A stretch of 64,000 bases of DNA, from positions 248,001 through 312,000 of the forward strand of contig JAQGDQ010000258.1 of the NCBI GenBank assembly GCA_030141605.1. Direction: 5' to 3'. This DNA comes from Tubiluchus corallicola (lineage: Eukaryota > Animalia > Priapulida). The position numbers and the translations under genes were made by a program. Position 1 is the first letter of the stretch. Each line of letters begins with the position of its first letter. Below are positions 25,705 to 39,039 of this stretch, piece after piece. The notes below the pieces were generated by a model. The model had not been told where the DNA came from. It did not search any database and saw only the letters and a list, made by a program, of their open reading frames with translations.

Positions 25705-25977
25705 CAGTGCCGGATTCAGATATAAGTAAAGTAGGCTATAGCTTAAGGCCTCACAATCTGCATGGTTCCTCAAGAAGATTCCAGATTGGGTTTTATACTA
25801 ATTTTTATAATTAAGTAATAATTTAATCATAAAATAATTTGTATTGTTCACTTTGCTACTAAATAATTATAAAGGCACATATATTTTCAAGTTTTCTGGG
25901 ACCAGCTGGTACAACTTTAAAAGAGGCCTCAGGGCTTTATATAGCTTAGGGCCTCACTGAGTCTAAATTCGGCAGTG
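25705..25977. mobile_element. hAT-type MITE, 273 bp
   Basis: TIRs CAGTGCCGGATTCAGA and CACTGCCGAATTTAGA (reverse complement). Perfect 8-bp TSD AGTGTAGA at 25697-25704 and 25978-25985. Internal repeats of ATAGCTTA.GGCCTCAC. Confidence 0.85.
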
Positions 25978-26891
25978 AGTGTAGATCAGAAATTTGATTC
26001 GCGGGAGTGCTCATCACACTTGTACTGTTTATGCAGCCAGAAGGACCGCCATACAGGACTGGACTCACAATTTCCGTATAGCTGCAGTTTAATAAGTCAA
26101 TGGAATGCTTCTTACTTGATGTATTCCAAGACTATTTTTGCCGTGTGTGTGTGGTGTAAATTGTAGCGAATTCAACGAGAAGAATTCTGATACCAGTGAC
26201 GCCACTGTAAAACTAAAGCAGCTCATTTTTGCATGCAAAAAGTTTTTCGTCAGTTTCTAAATATGATTTTGTTATCAGCAATGTCTAAGCTACATTTTAA
26301 CACCCAATCATATTTTACCTTCAGCGGTTGTTATAAGGTTTATTAATTCTGGTTAATTACAGATAATTACATCATCTTTTTGAAAATTGCCAACTGATTG
26401 ATTGATTAATCAATTAACTTTTTATATTACGTGATTATCCTAACTGTACGGATAGCTGATATCCACACAAAACACTTTATTTTGTATGTTGATACTTGTC
26501 AAACTTTCTCAAGAAATTATAAAGTAACACCAACTTCATACAAACATAGAGAGTTAGAGATTTATTGGCATACAACAACAAAACATAGCAACACAGCAAA
26601 CGTAACAACGTCTAGTGAACTTAAGTTTTATGAACAAACTTATGTCACTTGGGTTTCAGACACTTCTCTGAAAAGGCAAACTTTGCATTTTAAAGCTATC
26701 GTCAACGCGTTTAGTGATATGATGTAGGTAACACGTTTGCATACGTTTCCGAAACAAAATTATGCAAACGTATTATCAAGCATAATATATCTAAATGACA
26801 AACTCAATAACCCTAGCACTGCTGAATCATTCACATGGTACTAGTAGTTTTCGAAATGTTTATGTTGAACTATAGGCGAACTATAATTGAA

Positions 26892-27188
26892 CATAGGCGT
26901 ACGGGCCGATTTTTCCAGGACTGAGCCACTTTGGCCCGAAAAATACAGCGCCAACCCCAAAAAAGTCCGGAGTCGGCAATTGCTTCACCTCACCCCATGA
27001 TAAAAAATACCCGGATTTCGGGCATATTTCATTTGGCAGCATGGAGAAATTTCGTGATTTTCTTTTATGAAAAATATAATTTTATTTTTTCATCATTTGG
27101 CCGGTGTCCGAAAAATGTGGTGATTGCTCGAAAAAATGTGTTTGCCCGAATCCATGGGGCTGCAGCACCCCCGGCTCGTAAGCCTATG
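26892..27188. mobile_element. MITE, 297 bp
   Basis: TIRs CATAGGCGTACGGGCCG and CATAGGCTTACGAGCCG (reverse complement); GC-richer than the flanks; no clean TSD. Confidence 0.7.
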
Positions 27189-27400
27189 AAACCAAATTTG
27201 TTTTCACTTTTTGTAGTAGTCTTTTTATTGTTAAATTTGCTTAACAACTAGATAAGTGGCCGTAATGAACTAGATAAATTTTGCTTGCAGCCATTCATCC
27301 GGTAAACAGCTCAATTTTATTGTTATTAATTAAAGTGTTAAATCACCAAGCACGACAGTTTTAAATTTCAGTAAAACATTAAACACTTCTATATACATAC

Positions 27401-27619
27401 CTCCTGCTGAACATTGGACATTCCATTCCCAATCACAATTTCGCAGTATATGGTTCCATTTAAGGGGTGGCTCACACGTTCTCCTTTGAATGGGTCCTCC
27501 TAATTTTTTGGAGCATGCGTAGAATGCACTACAGTCATCAGGATCGGACAACAGTTTGAATCGAGAAGCATGGCACAGCTGATAGATCTCGGTGTTGAGA
27601 AGGCCATTGGTGTAGAGCA
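27401..27619 (-). CDS. Cda5: Chitin deacetylase exon 2: end of signal peptide and CBM14/peritrophin-A chitin-binding domain
   Basis: TTTTCAG acceptor (27621-27620) and GTATGT donor from 27400; 219 nt, phase 1-1. Six-Cys pattern C..DPDDCSAFYAC..TCEPPLKWNHILRNCDWEWNVQC. Confidence 0.9.
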
Positions 27620-30600
27620 CTGAAAAATAAAGTTACTGATAAATAATTATGCAAATAAGTGAAGAATTATTATAAAACACGTGTCAAAAGAAAATATTAA
27701 ATTGTTTTGCCTTTTAGGTTAAATTCAATAATCTTTAATATAACTCAGTCTCAAAAACTGAAGCATGAATTAAATTTAACGTTGTATTAAACAGTATAAT
27801 AGAAAAACAATGTACTGGGTCTAGTACAAATTGATTTCAATTATGCTAAATCGAAGAAAGGGCACATAGGTAACTAGGCCATTCAGAATAACTGAGTCAT
27901 GTAACATTTGTACTGTAATATACCTGCCAAAAGTCTTGTTCTTATTAAATGTAAAAAATTACAATTTCAGTGGGTTACTGCGCAGTAGAAAATGGTGTGA
28001 GCATGCAGAAACGTTCTAATTAAATATTCTAATTCTCTTTCTAAAGGTAAAATACGGACAGCTAAAATTGTATTTTTGAGCGAAAAATAGATCGTCTCAA
28101 TAAATAATGCCTTTAAGATATGTTTTTTTTGCTAAATGAAACTATACTAGTCATAAAACCTTATAGTTTCTGGAGAAATTAACAAGGTAGGTTTTTTGAA
28201 AAAAAATGACGCCGTCGTTTTGATCTATTTTGTTACTATTGGAATATTAACGTTGTTCTTTTTTTGTGTGATTTTGCTCGTTCATGTTATCATGCAATAA
28301 TAGAGCATAATAACTTGTAACAAACGACTTGCGGTAAAACACAAGCTGCAAAGGACTAATGGAACTGCCCAAAAAGGGGAATTGAATTCAGCGCTGACAG
28401 TCACTCGTCCATTTATTGAACAGCTTTCCTATTGCTTAACTTTGTTCATTAAGCACAGCTCTGTCACCGAGGCCAACATTTAGCAACATCATAGCAGCAT
28501 CATAATTTTTGTACTATAGCGTTTGAGGTATGCGAAAAAAATAGCCAACCAGTCAAACATAAAATACATTTATAACAAAATAAGTAAACCGAATAAGTGG
28601 ATTTTGGATTTTATTTTATCTTCTTTAAGAACGTTTAGGAAGAAGGTTTATACAAATAGAAGTTGAATTGATCTAAGATGTTCTGGTTTACAACGTTTTT
28701 GAACGAATCATTTTGTTTGCTTGATCAGTTTACGCGATACATTTCACAGTCTTTTTTCGATACATTTTTGTTGTAAGTTTGGCCTTTTGTGTCTTTTAAG
28801 CTCAGTCTCGACCTGTTCCAGACTGAGTATTTCTTATGCCCTATTAAGGGTCGCCCATCTGGGACATTAAAACAATATTTTGTTTCAAGGTGACAACGAC
28901 CTGCAGAATTTCGAAACTAGCAAGTACACATATTTAATTAGCAAATGCACGTGCAATTGCTCGTCCTTACTCGTACGTATAACATTATCTTGTATCAACA
29001 GTAATTGCTAGATTTTGTATTAGCATAATATGACACTCCATTTTTAGAATGGTTGTTGTACGTAAGTTCACCGCGTCCCTAAAACCTCTCGTTGCTTGCA
29101 TTTGGCAAACAAACATTCAGTTCTGCTAACAATAAACTTAGTTTGTTTCGCTTGCTAGCTGACCTAAAAGAGAAACGCATTAATCGCCTATTATACATTT
29201 ACTGATGCGGCAGTTCTTCTTCTTACTGTGTTCATTTAGATTTAAAGAACATAATATACAATGTTACACGAGTGGACATTTTTCCAGGACAGATTCACCT
29301 ACGTAGTTATTGTTGTACTATAATGAATGAGTTAAAATAATTAAGATGAACTAACATTTACACTTATATTAACATTATAATTAGAATTTATTGATCATAA
29401 TTATCAAAGAAATCTGTGTGATTTTTTTTGCTTTTGTAACTCTACTGCCCATAACTAAAGAAATATGTTCAGTATGAATTGTAATTGATTGTAATTGTAA
29501 TGTATCAGTTGTAATTGATATAGCTACAGTAGGTACACTAGCAAGGTTCTATAACCTATAAAAAGTTTCATGCAATACGGTGCTTCGAATTCTAATATTT
29601 CGTAAAAGATGAAATTAAGAAGAAGGGAAAAGAAGGGAATATTGATGCTCTCCTGGATACGATTGTAACACTTGGTGATACTGTTAGACTGAAAGATCGG
29701 CAGACAGGCATATCCCGAGTGATTACTGCAGCTTTCCTTCCAGGCCAACTATGAAAATATTATTTTAGCGTTGAAACTGTGATGCATGCAAATAGGAGGT
29801 TCATGAAAAAGATTTGATTTTAAACAAAGATATTATGTGCGCTGAACTTGTTTATCTATTTATTCTTTTCGCTACGTACAAAAGCGCAATACAAACACTT
29901 GATACATCCGCTGCTAACATTCATTACAAACACACGCATTACTAAAATGCGCATTATCCTCTAATTCACTTTTGTGAAAACAAACAAAGGTGGGATCACT
30001 CGGCCACTAGGACGCAGACTAAGTGATATGCATTTTGATTTTGACATTGTGTAAACAATACAATTAATGAACAAACAGGGCACCAAACATTGATCTAGTG
30101 AGTATAATTTCTCAGTAGCTTAATTAACGAACCCCTCAGACATTCAAAACCTTGAACAGAGAATTGTTTATTAATTGCGCGTTAAGAATTCTTGATTAGA
30201 ACAACGCTCCCATTGTACCTGGGAAGACAGATCAAAGTTAATTATACTTCGGCAAGAAAATTTGACGACCACTTATTACACCTATATATAATTATCATAC
30301 ATGACATTCAAAGGTAAATATTTGTTAACGTAAAAGTATTTACTACTAGTATTTGTTACATGACATTGATTCAGAATGTGTCTTTTGAGTCACACTCCAT
30401 AGCTTTGTGGTTACGTGCTAGTTGTTACAATTAATAATAGTAATTTTAATTTATGTTGCCAGCATACATAAAGGCAAAAATCTTATATTAAAAAAGAAAT
30501 TAATTTTTTTACATTTTATTTAGTGTTTATGTCAGCGCATAAAATGTCATACAAAAGCAAAAAATTACACTAAAAACGAACAAATCTACATGCCATGCTC

Positions 30601-31261
30601 TATTAAAAGCTACGGAAATTTCCAAAAAGTATAATAAAAATACATGCAGAAATTAAAAATACAAAGCATCAGTTAAAAAGCCAGCAGTTACTACATTATT
30701 AAATCATGCCATCTTCTAAATATTCTACTATAAAATCGAGCATCAGTTTGGTGGCATATATAACTTACAACAAAATTTGCTGATCTAATCATTCTTGTTC
30801 TTAAACTTTAAGCAGAGTGACGCAACAGTACTTTAAAATGTTTTATATTGCTTTCTGCACATATTGTAAAATATGGCGTATCATAAGCATAACATGTGAA
30901 AAACGAAGAGCAATGTTGTAAGTGGCATGGATCTTGGTTAAACTGCATACTTAGACATTAACCCATAAGTTAGTACAGTATTATGTAGTTACAGAACGAA
31001 CGAAATTTTCACATTTTTTTGAACAAGAGTTACATTTAGTTAATAACACGTTAGCGAGCATCTAGCGATTACCAAACGATTCTGGTTTTTTGTCTAAATC
31101 ACCCGAAAGATCGTTAGAAAGACAAAGATACTTGCGGCTATTTTTAACACAAATTTCAACACTGCCAAGAGTTACGTAGCCCTGAGCGCTATGTCGTTAT
31201 AGTTAGAGACGTTATAGGATGGAAAGGAGAAGGAGTGGGACAGAATTGGAGGGAGAGAGAC

Positions 31262-31488
<227 letters not shown>

Positions 31489-32443
31489 AAGAAAAATGGA
31501 TGACGCCTGTTATCAACATTTAATCTGTGAATTTATTTGGCATGTAGCCATGACATTAAAACATGACCAATTATCAATTATATGACAAAGGATTCACAAT
31601 TACTATAAATTAAATGATTAATCAATTACCCTTGGTACATTCTTTTAGCTACTTGTGAATGAGTACTAATCAAATTACTGATGTAGAAATCATTGCCATT
31701 GTAGTGCTATCCCACATTGCCATAATTACAGGTGTGATAAAACAAGGACAAGATTATTTCATAAATTATACACACCAGATTCTAAATTATTGCCTCTAGT
31801 CTTGATTTGAAATACCTTCAATTTTTTTATAAATTAGCGTTAATTTGTCAAGATCTAACAGCGCATTTTTATATAATATCAAGGATAAGCTAGTTAGTTT
31901 AATGACAAAGTGACAAAAGCTTACGTACAAAAGATAGGCCTGTGCTAATTCTTAATGTCAGGCAACTGTCTATAAATAATATGATATCTAGGACAGAAAG
32001 TTATGTTAGAATCGTCTCTACTCTCAACTCGCTATTCTAAGCAGGAGTTTTTAGTATTCTAAATACAAGTTATTTGGTTGCCGTCACTGAGGCGAAATTT
32101 AATTTAATTTTACATGATTGCAATCAATTTACACCAATAAACTCGACAATTCTTATGTTTATAAAGCATCTGTAGGCCCAAATTTTATTGCCGGCATAAT
32201 TTACTAGCAAACGAATATAAAACTTTAATTTGAAAGTAATAGCTTAATTATGAAAACTGTGCCAAAGGAGCAGGCTTGGCCCACATTAAATACCGCAGGG
32301 CATGAAAATATAAATGCCTATGCCATGTGAAGTTTATAGTAATTTTTCATTAGTGTGTAGAGCCCTTATAATTATGTATGTTAGGTATTCGAATTCGACC
32401 AAATATATTAAAAAGCAAGATGTATTAGAATGAGTAACAACAG

Positions 32444-33638
32444 CAGGGCTTTAGAAAGGCTTTAGAAAACGGGTGGGCCCAATTAAAAAGCAGCTAGGGG
32501 TCTGGGGGAGCGCTGTAAGCTACCCCAGCAGGGTCCGGGGAGGAGGCCCGGCCGCTAATGCATTTTACTGTATTTTAGACCATTTTTCTTGCTATTTCCT
32601 TAAGCAAATTCAATAGTTTAAAACTCATTATGTCACCTCAAACTTTTGACTCTTAATTACATACCAATATACTAGTATATAGTGTGTATGATGTACATAA
32701 CGTTTATGTGTTTTGAAAAGTAGAACCTTTGTGCTATGTGATTTTTGCAGGTATTAAATTTTAATAAAGGCACTGCTAGAATTTATTCTAGCACTGCTAA
32801 AATCTATGTGTGGGAATTATGTAAATAATTAAGTATATGAACTGATTAGGCAGATCTGTGGAAATAGGATAAAAAAATTGCACAATGCAAAAAATAGATA
32901 TGAGAATTTTTTGTGATAATTTTAATTTAAGCAGGCCATATACAACAACTGTATTTTCATAGGTAATTCACTGCTCGACTGTCATAAATGTACAATATGT
33001 AACGTAATGCACACTATACTATCTGCATCTGAAGTTCTGACAAGATTAAAAAATTATATTAAGCAGAAAACATGTGACATTATAGATGTAAGCACTCAGA
33101 GATGAAAAACTGAGGGTTGTGTCTCTCTTTTAAATAAGCCTAGGATTAAACGACTCACTATTTTTGGACTCTTCGCCAATTCCATGCTTAATATTAAATT
33201 TTCTTTCAATTATGAAAGCCATTATGATGTTATATTATAATAATTATATTTTGAGGCTGAAATCAGACGATGGCTCCCTCCGAGGGCAGCTAAGAGAGTA
33301 CCTGCAATACGTCACTTCTCTAAGCTGCAGCTTACCACTTGATCAGTCGGTTCACATTTGTTTTATTATGCCGCCGAACCGATTGCGGAGTAACTTATAC
33401 CTATATTGCACACAGCGATATATTTGCCAAAGACTTCAATTATTACTTAAAGGGCACAACGTTTTTACACTAAAATCATTAATGCAGAACTTTTTGCTCG
33501 ATATAAGTCATTAAAAGCTACCACGAAACGTTCTAAAACTTATAATCCAGAGAAAATATTCACTTGGTGTGCTGTAACTGCTACTGTGAAAGAGTGTCGG
33601 GGCAGGTACCTTGGGCCCACCCCCTAAATCCGCCAGTG
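32444..33638. mobile_element. Non-autonomous TIR element (hAT-like ends)
   Basis: Left TTTAG..GGGTGGGCCCAA mirrors right TTGGGCCCACCCCCTAAATCCGCCAGTG. GC-rich subterminal hairpin GGGGTCTGGGGGAGCGCTGTAAGCTACCCCAGCAGGGTCCGGGG. TSD unclear. Confidence 0.55.
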
Positions 33639-33675
33639 AACAGTATATTAATGATCAGAGAACAATTTTTGTTTC

Positions 33676-33791
33676 ATTAATTAATTATAACCGTGATTGC
33701 CAGAATTTTTATAAACCATTTCGGTTTGTTTTACCAATTATTATCCATTGAGTTGGAGAAAGGAGACACTAAGAAATTGTGGACTAGTCGG
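33676..33791. repeat. Dispersed repeat; inverted copy at ~46613-46740
   Basis: GATTGCCAGAATTTTTATAAAC..AAATTGTGGACTAGTCGG matches the reverse complement of CCGACTAGCCCACAATTT..GTTTATAAAATTCTGGCAATC. Confidence 0.75.
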
Positions 33792-33996
33792 GATAATATG
33801 ATATATTACGCTAGTTGTCAGTTGTACTGTATTGCACGTATAACGGTGTATTACATGTAGTTAGTTGCCAGCTAATTTTGGAAAGTATTGATGCCACAAT
33901 CGTTGTTTCATTTGCGTGTAATACGAACTAACTGCACGCGCGTTATGAATTGTAAACGAAGGGCTTTGGCAAAACTTAGGCCTTGTAATATGGAAG

Positions 33997-34565
33997 GCTG
34001 CAACAAACTAGCTAAAACAACTTTGCAAGAGGTAAATATCACATATGACATAAATGTGACATATGACTATAAATGCAACATCTCATCTATGTATGTTTCG
34101 TAATGAGTAAGACATTGTTTATTATTACTCCACTTTCATAAGCAATTCTTAGAGAGGGAGAGCTAGGTCCTGATAAAAATACTATTTCAGTCTATTATAT
34201 GACTGTCTATTATATCAGTCTACTATATTTTAAAATGAGCAATATAATATATCATTTGTCATGTATTGAAACAGTATGTTTACTAAGACCTAGGTCTTCT
34301 TCTCTTTAAGAGTTACTTCTCTCTAAAAGTAGCAGTGGGGCCATTATTTTTATTATTATAATTCTTTATTTTTAAAAACTATGTACAAAATACTTCCCTC
34401 TATTTGTAGGGAAGTATAGTGGGGCCATAACAAACAGTGTTTTAATTGTATTACTCATTTTAAAACAGACATTGATGAGATGTTGTATTTATGGTCATAT
34501 GTCACACTTATGACATATGTAATTTTTGCCTCTTGCAAAGTTATTGTTAACCGGTTTGTTGCAGC
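33997..34565. repeat. Diverged foldback element in CDA intron 1
   Basis: GCTGCAACAAAC..CTTTGCAAGAGG..TGTGACATATGAC..CAACATCTCATC..AATGAGTAA is mirrored at 34447-34565; the inner arms (CTAGGTC..AATACTATTTCA) also pair. Confidence 0.8.
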
Positions 34566-37019
34566 GTTGTATAATTATTGTGGGACAACCAGTGAAACTT
34601 TGGACTCTGAACTGCTTTAACCGTGAACGGGTTAACGCAGGATACACTGCTTATTAAATACGTCATGTACTGAAATAATTGTTCAAATCAGTATATTGCA
34701 TGTATAAGACTTAGTTTGTTATGGACGATAGGAAAGGGAATCGTGAAAACAACATTATTAGCCACAACTGCTAAATTTTGATCGCTGCCTCTGGCCAAAT
34801 CTTTAAATATTAATCTGTTTTCACCCAGGCAGGATCACCTCAATATCCAACAGACATGATAATATTAATATTATAAAATCCACAATTTATTTGTATACCT
34901 TGCATCAGAGAGGCGGTTTATCTGTTAATAATATACGAGTTATGTCAATGTAAATTTAAACAAAGCCTCATACATAAATTTAAGATTTAGGACGAACTGC
35001 TTTAAAAGAGTGAACTATTTCAAAGAATTATTTAGGCCCTACACCGATAGAATTAAAATGAAGCATCAATGAACCTAGCATAGAACGTTTCAATTGACCA
35101 GCATCTTCACAAAGACAACACATAAAATCGTCTAATTGTGTGTTAAATTATGTGTAAGGAATTATATCTATGCTTGTTTTAGAATGCGTCACGTGTGTTT
35201 GGACCATATACGGTAAAGGACCTGTCAACGCGCAGGTGACAAAAGTGTTGTGATCAGAATGGTGTCAGCGGTACAGAATGTCTCATACGTGATAAGAATT
35301 AAATTCACCTTTCACTTTATTCTTTCGAACCAAGCTCTAAGTTTTGTTATATATTCAATATGGTCTACAAGCTAAACTGTACTTCAAAGGTTTTACCATC
35401 AAATTGTTGATAAATTGTAAACTAGTTGATGAAGATTAATAGTTGTATTTTTCATTTTGATCATTTAAAATGCGTGTAATGTTGAATTTAAACTAAAATC
35501 ACAATAACTTGTTGCTGAGAGGCAATAATTTCCTTGGAAACAGATTTGGAATGAGTGATAGGCACGTGCAACAATTCCACGTAATGTGATCTCGTTAAGA
35601 TATAAGGCGCAAAAGTTGTAAGTTGTGCTAATCAAACAAATGAAAAATTTAAGGTGCTTTGCCTGGGCCAAATATACCCTAGACGACTTTATACTAGTGG
35701 CCTACTGTAAATCAAAGTAGTAAACACTTTTGTCGATGAACATTCAGGCAACCATGCAGGCCTAAAATTTCTGTTTCAAATGCCTCAGCTGGAGCAATGA
35801 CAAGAATTTAATGGCAAGAGACAAAGACAAATTTAAATCAGATGGATCTTTATTAATGCAAGTTTACAGACATTATAGATGTCGTTTTATTATAGCTTTG
35901 TTCGAGGTAATGTTTGCAGTGTGTTTGTGTGTGTGGTAATAAACTTGGTTGAGGCTTGGAAGAGGCAGTGATGGGAGAGAGTCTAGCAACGTCTATGAGC
36001 ACCTAAATCTAATGTACTAGTTGCATGCTTGAGCTAAAGTAAGACATACTGAGCCAAATCAAGCTACTGATAAGGGTTGCAAAACACTTATTTTTAATTT
36101 TCTGGTAAAGCTAGACACAACATGTTGTACAAAACGGGAAGATAATCGAAGACTAAGAGGACTCTACATCAAATTGTTTTATAAAAAGGCATTCCAATTG
36201 TGGTGTGAACTCAAGAACTAATCCAGGCTGTTAAACGCAAGAAGCAAAGACCTACACTGAACGCAAGCCCTGAGGTGAGAAAGTATATCACTGTACACTG
36301 GACAGTACTCTCTAAACTAAGAGGTAAGTTACTTTTCACCAATAATATGTACTGATTTACATACTGATACAGATTAGTGTTTTAGCTTATCTATTTTAGA
36401 AAATTTTTTAATACAGTTAGTGTATATTTTCAAGGTGTTAATTAGTGAAATACCAGAAAAAGAAGCAGAACCATGCGACATTTCCCCAGTGAGTTTAAAT
36501 CCAATTTAAACAAGTTTAAAACCGGGTTAAATAAATCATCCAAATACGCAGCCATTTAGATTTTTCAGTTACAGCTCAAATGTGGTGAATCTCTGACGGT
36601 TTCTAACATCACAGCAGATTCATCATACATATTAAAGATTCTAATCTTTTTAATGTATAAACTTTTTAATTTCTATAATAAATTAATAACGGCTCTACAA
36701 AGTATCATTCCATTTGCACCAAAGCTCTACGCTTCGAAGAACTAATAAAAAAATGAAAACTATAAATAAGCCCGTGAAGAAACAGGGTACTATTATACAA
36801 TATTGCTTTAAGTCGTAATTAGGTGCTTAAGAATTGCTTGTTAGCTGTTGTCAACAGGTCAGTATTTCTATCTGAGATGTTAAGAAAACAATTTTCTCCA
36901 GTTTTACGTACAAGTAAAACAACATTAACGTGCGTGGGAGGGCTCGTTATAACACAAGTCTAAATTACCAATAAAATGAGTATAACAACAGCACTTTGAG
37001 AGTTACTAAAGATACTTAC

Positions 37020-37050
37020 CGAGGCTAAATAGTATTGTGATTCGCAGCAT
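37020..37050 (-). CDS. Cda5: Chitin deacetylase exon 1: start codon and signal peptide
   Basis: ACCATG context; MLRITILFSL plus a phase-1 GTAAGT donor from 37019. Splicing to exon 2 gives the signal peptide MLRITILFSLVLYTNG|LLNTE. Confidence 0.75.
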
Positions 37051-39028
37051 GGTGAAACTATTGCATTAACGTAACAAAAATCTTTGCTGGAAATTCATCT
37101 TTTGCTGACGACACCTTCCCTATTTCCTCGAATGAGACGTTTGTCGTGTACAGGCGTAGCTAGCGTACCACCAACTTCAAACCTCTAACAAAGCAAGTTG
37201 TAAAATCCACCACCAAAAAACATCCAAGAGCTAAATTTTAAATGAATGTTTAGTTCCTCTGCACAGGATTACAGGCGATTCTCGATATTCTAGGCTGCCT
37301 TTCACTTTTAAATTACCTCAGTCAGGTTTTATTTCCTTTAAAGTGATAATTTCAGACTTGTAACTGTTCCATTGTCAATACGATTCAATGTCAGTGCTTT
37401 GTTTCATCATTGTCACTATCAGAATTATTGTAGTTGTAGGTAAATACCATTATCACATTGATTTTCGTTTACGCTGCTATGACTCGCATTGCCGTCGTCT
37501 GCTACGTTTCTCGTGCCACAAGAGTGCATCCTCTTCTTCGGGTGACAGTTATCCGTCCACGCACGCTATTATCGGTGGCGGGCAAGCGGCAAAGTGGTAC
37601 CCAGAAGTGTGCACTCTGGGGGTACAATAGCATGCGTTATTGAGCTCGAGTAAGTAACATGCAACTCATTAACAATACGCCACTGTGGTTATATGGGGCA
37701 GTGTGACTGTTGGTATGTGAATAAGTTTCATTGATTGGTTGAAAAAATCCTGCCCATCGTTACGTTAGTTAATCAATTGAATGACAGACAAACCATTATT
37801 GTGGTGAAAGCAGCTGTCGTGAGAAGAGAAAGAGCTTTTTGTTTTTGTCTTGTATTCGTAAGAAATGCACATAAAGGTGGAACTAGAAAGGCACAAAAGG
37901 AAGAACAGCAAGAAACTATGTGCAACAGAATTGTGTCTGATGAAAACACACTGGCAAAAGAGCAATTAATGACCAAGACGAGAGGCTAATGTGAAAATCA
38001 CAATGTTTTTCGAAAAAACCTCTTGTTACGTTTCTTTGCCACTCCTTTGCAATCCTACCTACACCCACCATTTCAAAAACAACGTGTCTCAAGTATAAAG
38101 TAAATCTAATAGGCTTGTCTCAACTTTATCGTGATTATTGTTTGACGCAGTTCATTTCATTGACCCAGTAAAACTGTGTTGATCTATTAAGTAATTATAT
38201 TTTTTTATGATTTGAATTTTATTTGAGGAGCAAAATTTCACTTTGTAAGGTAATTTGTTTGTGAAGTGGTGTGTAAACAAATTCAAGCATTTAACCGCTG
38301 TGCATAGGTGAAAACAGCGAGGAGTTTACTGAAGGCTTAAATTAGTATATTTAGTAAAGGTGTAAAATTTATAAATTTTGTATTGAAGGTCTATTTAGGT
38401 ATTTAGAACTGAATGTCTAAACAAACGACAAACAAACAAATAAATAAATACACACAGAACGCACGAATTTGCATTTGACGAAATTCATTAGTTTAAGTCA
38501 GGGTATGGCCTGCCAAATAAGGTTAACATAAACTTGCTTTATTAAATTTTAATTAATCAAAAGTTGAAAACTAAACTTTCATTAACTAAAAAAGTTAATG
38601 ACCGAATGACTGAGCAATTATTATGCAAAACGACCTGCATCGCATTAATTTAAAAGCGGCTTTATTTAACGTTTTTAAATGGAAACTTAGTGGGGGTGAT
38701 TAATTGAAATTTTATTAACATGAACTTACTAAAACGAACCTGTTTTCAGGACAAATGAAATAGTTCTGAGTGAGCGAAGTTAAGCAGTAGGGCGTCTGGT
38801 TGGTAAACTGACAGTTTCATCTGCTATACTGTTTATTCTTGAGGCGGATGTACACACATAGGTGAGACACCTCTTCCAGTTTAGGTTTTCATCTTGATTA
38901 TCCTTGATAATTACTCAGATTTACTCAGGTTTTGACGCAACTGTTAAAATAATAAGCAATTCAGACGTTTGTCAGTCTTTGTCAGACGTTGAATCAGTTC
39001 GCAATTTAGGATGCTGCTGTCATGCAGC

Positions 39029-39039
39029 TGCGCATGCGC
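39029..39039. promoter_or_regulatory. NRF1/Ewg-type palindrome TGCGCATGCGC in a CpG-rich, promoter-like patch
   Basis: Matches the NRF1 consensus; followed by a plus-strand GTAAGT donor at 39177-39182 and further TGCGCA motifs near 39210. Confidence 0.45.
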
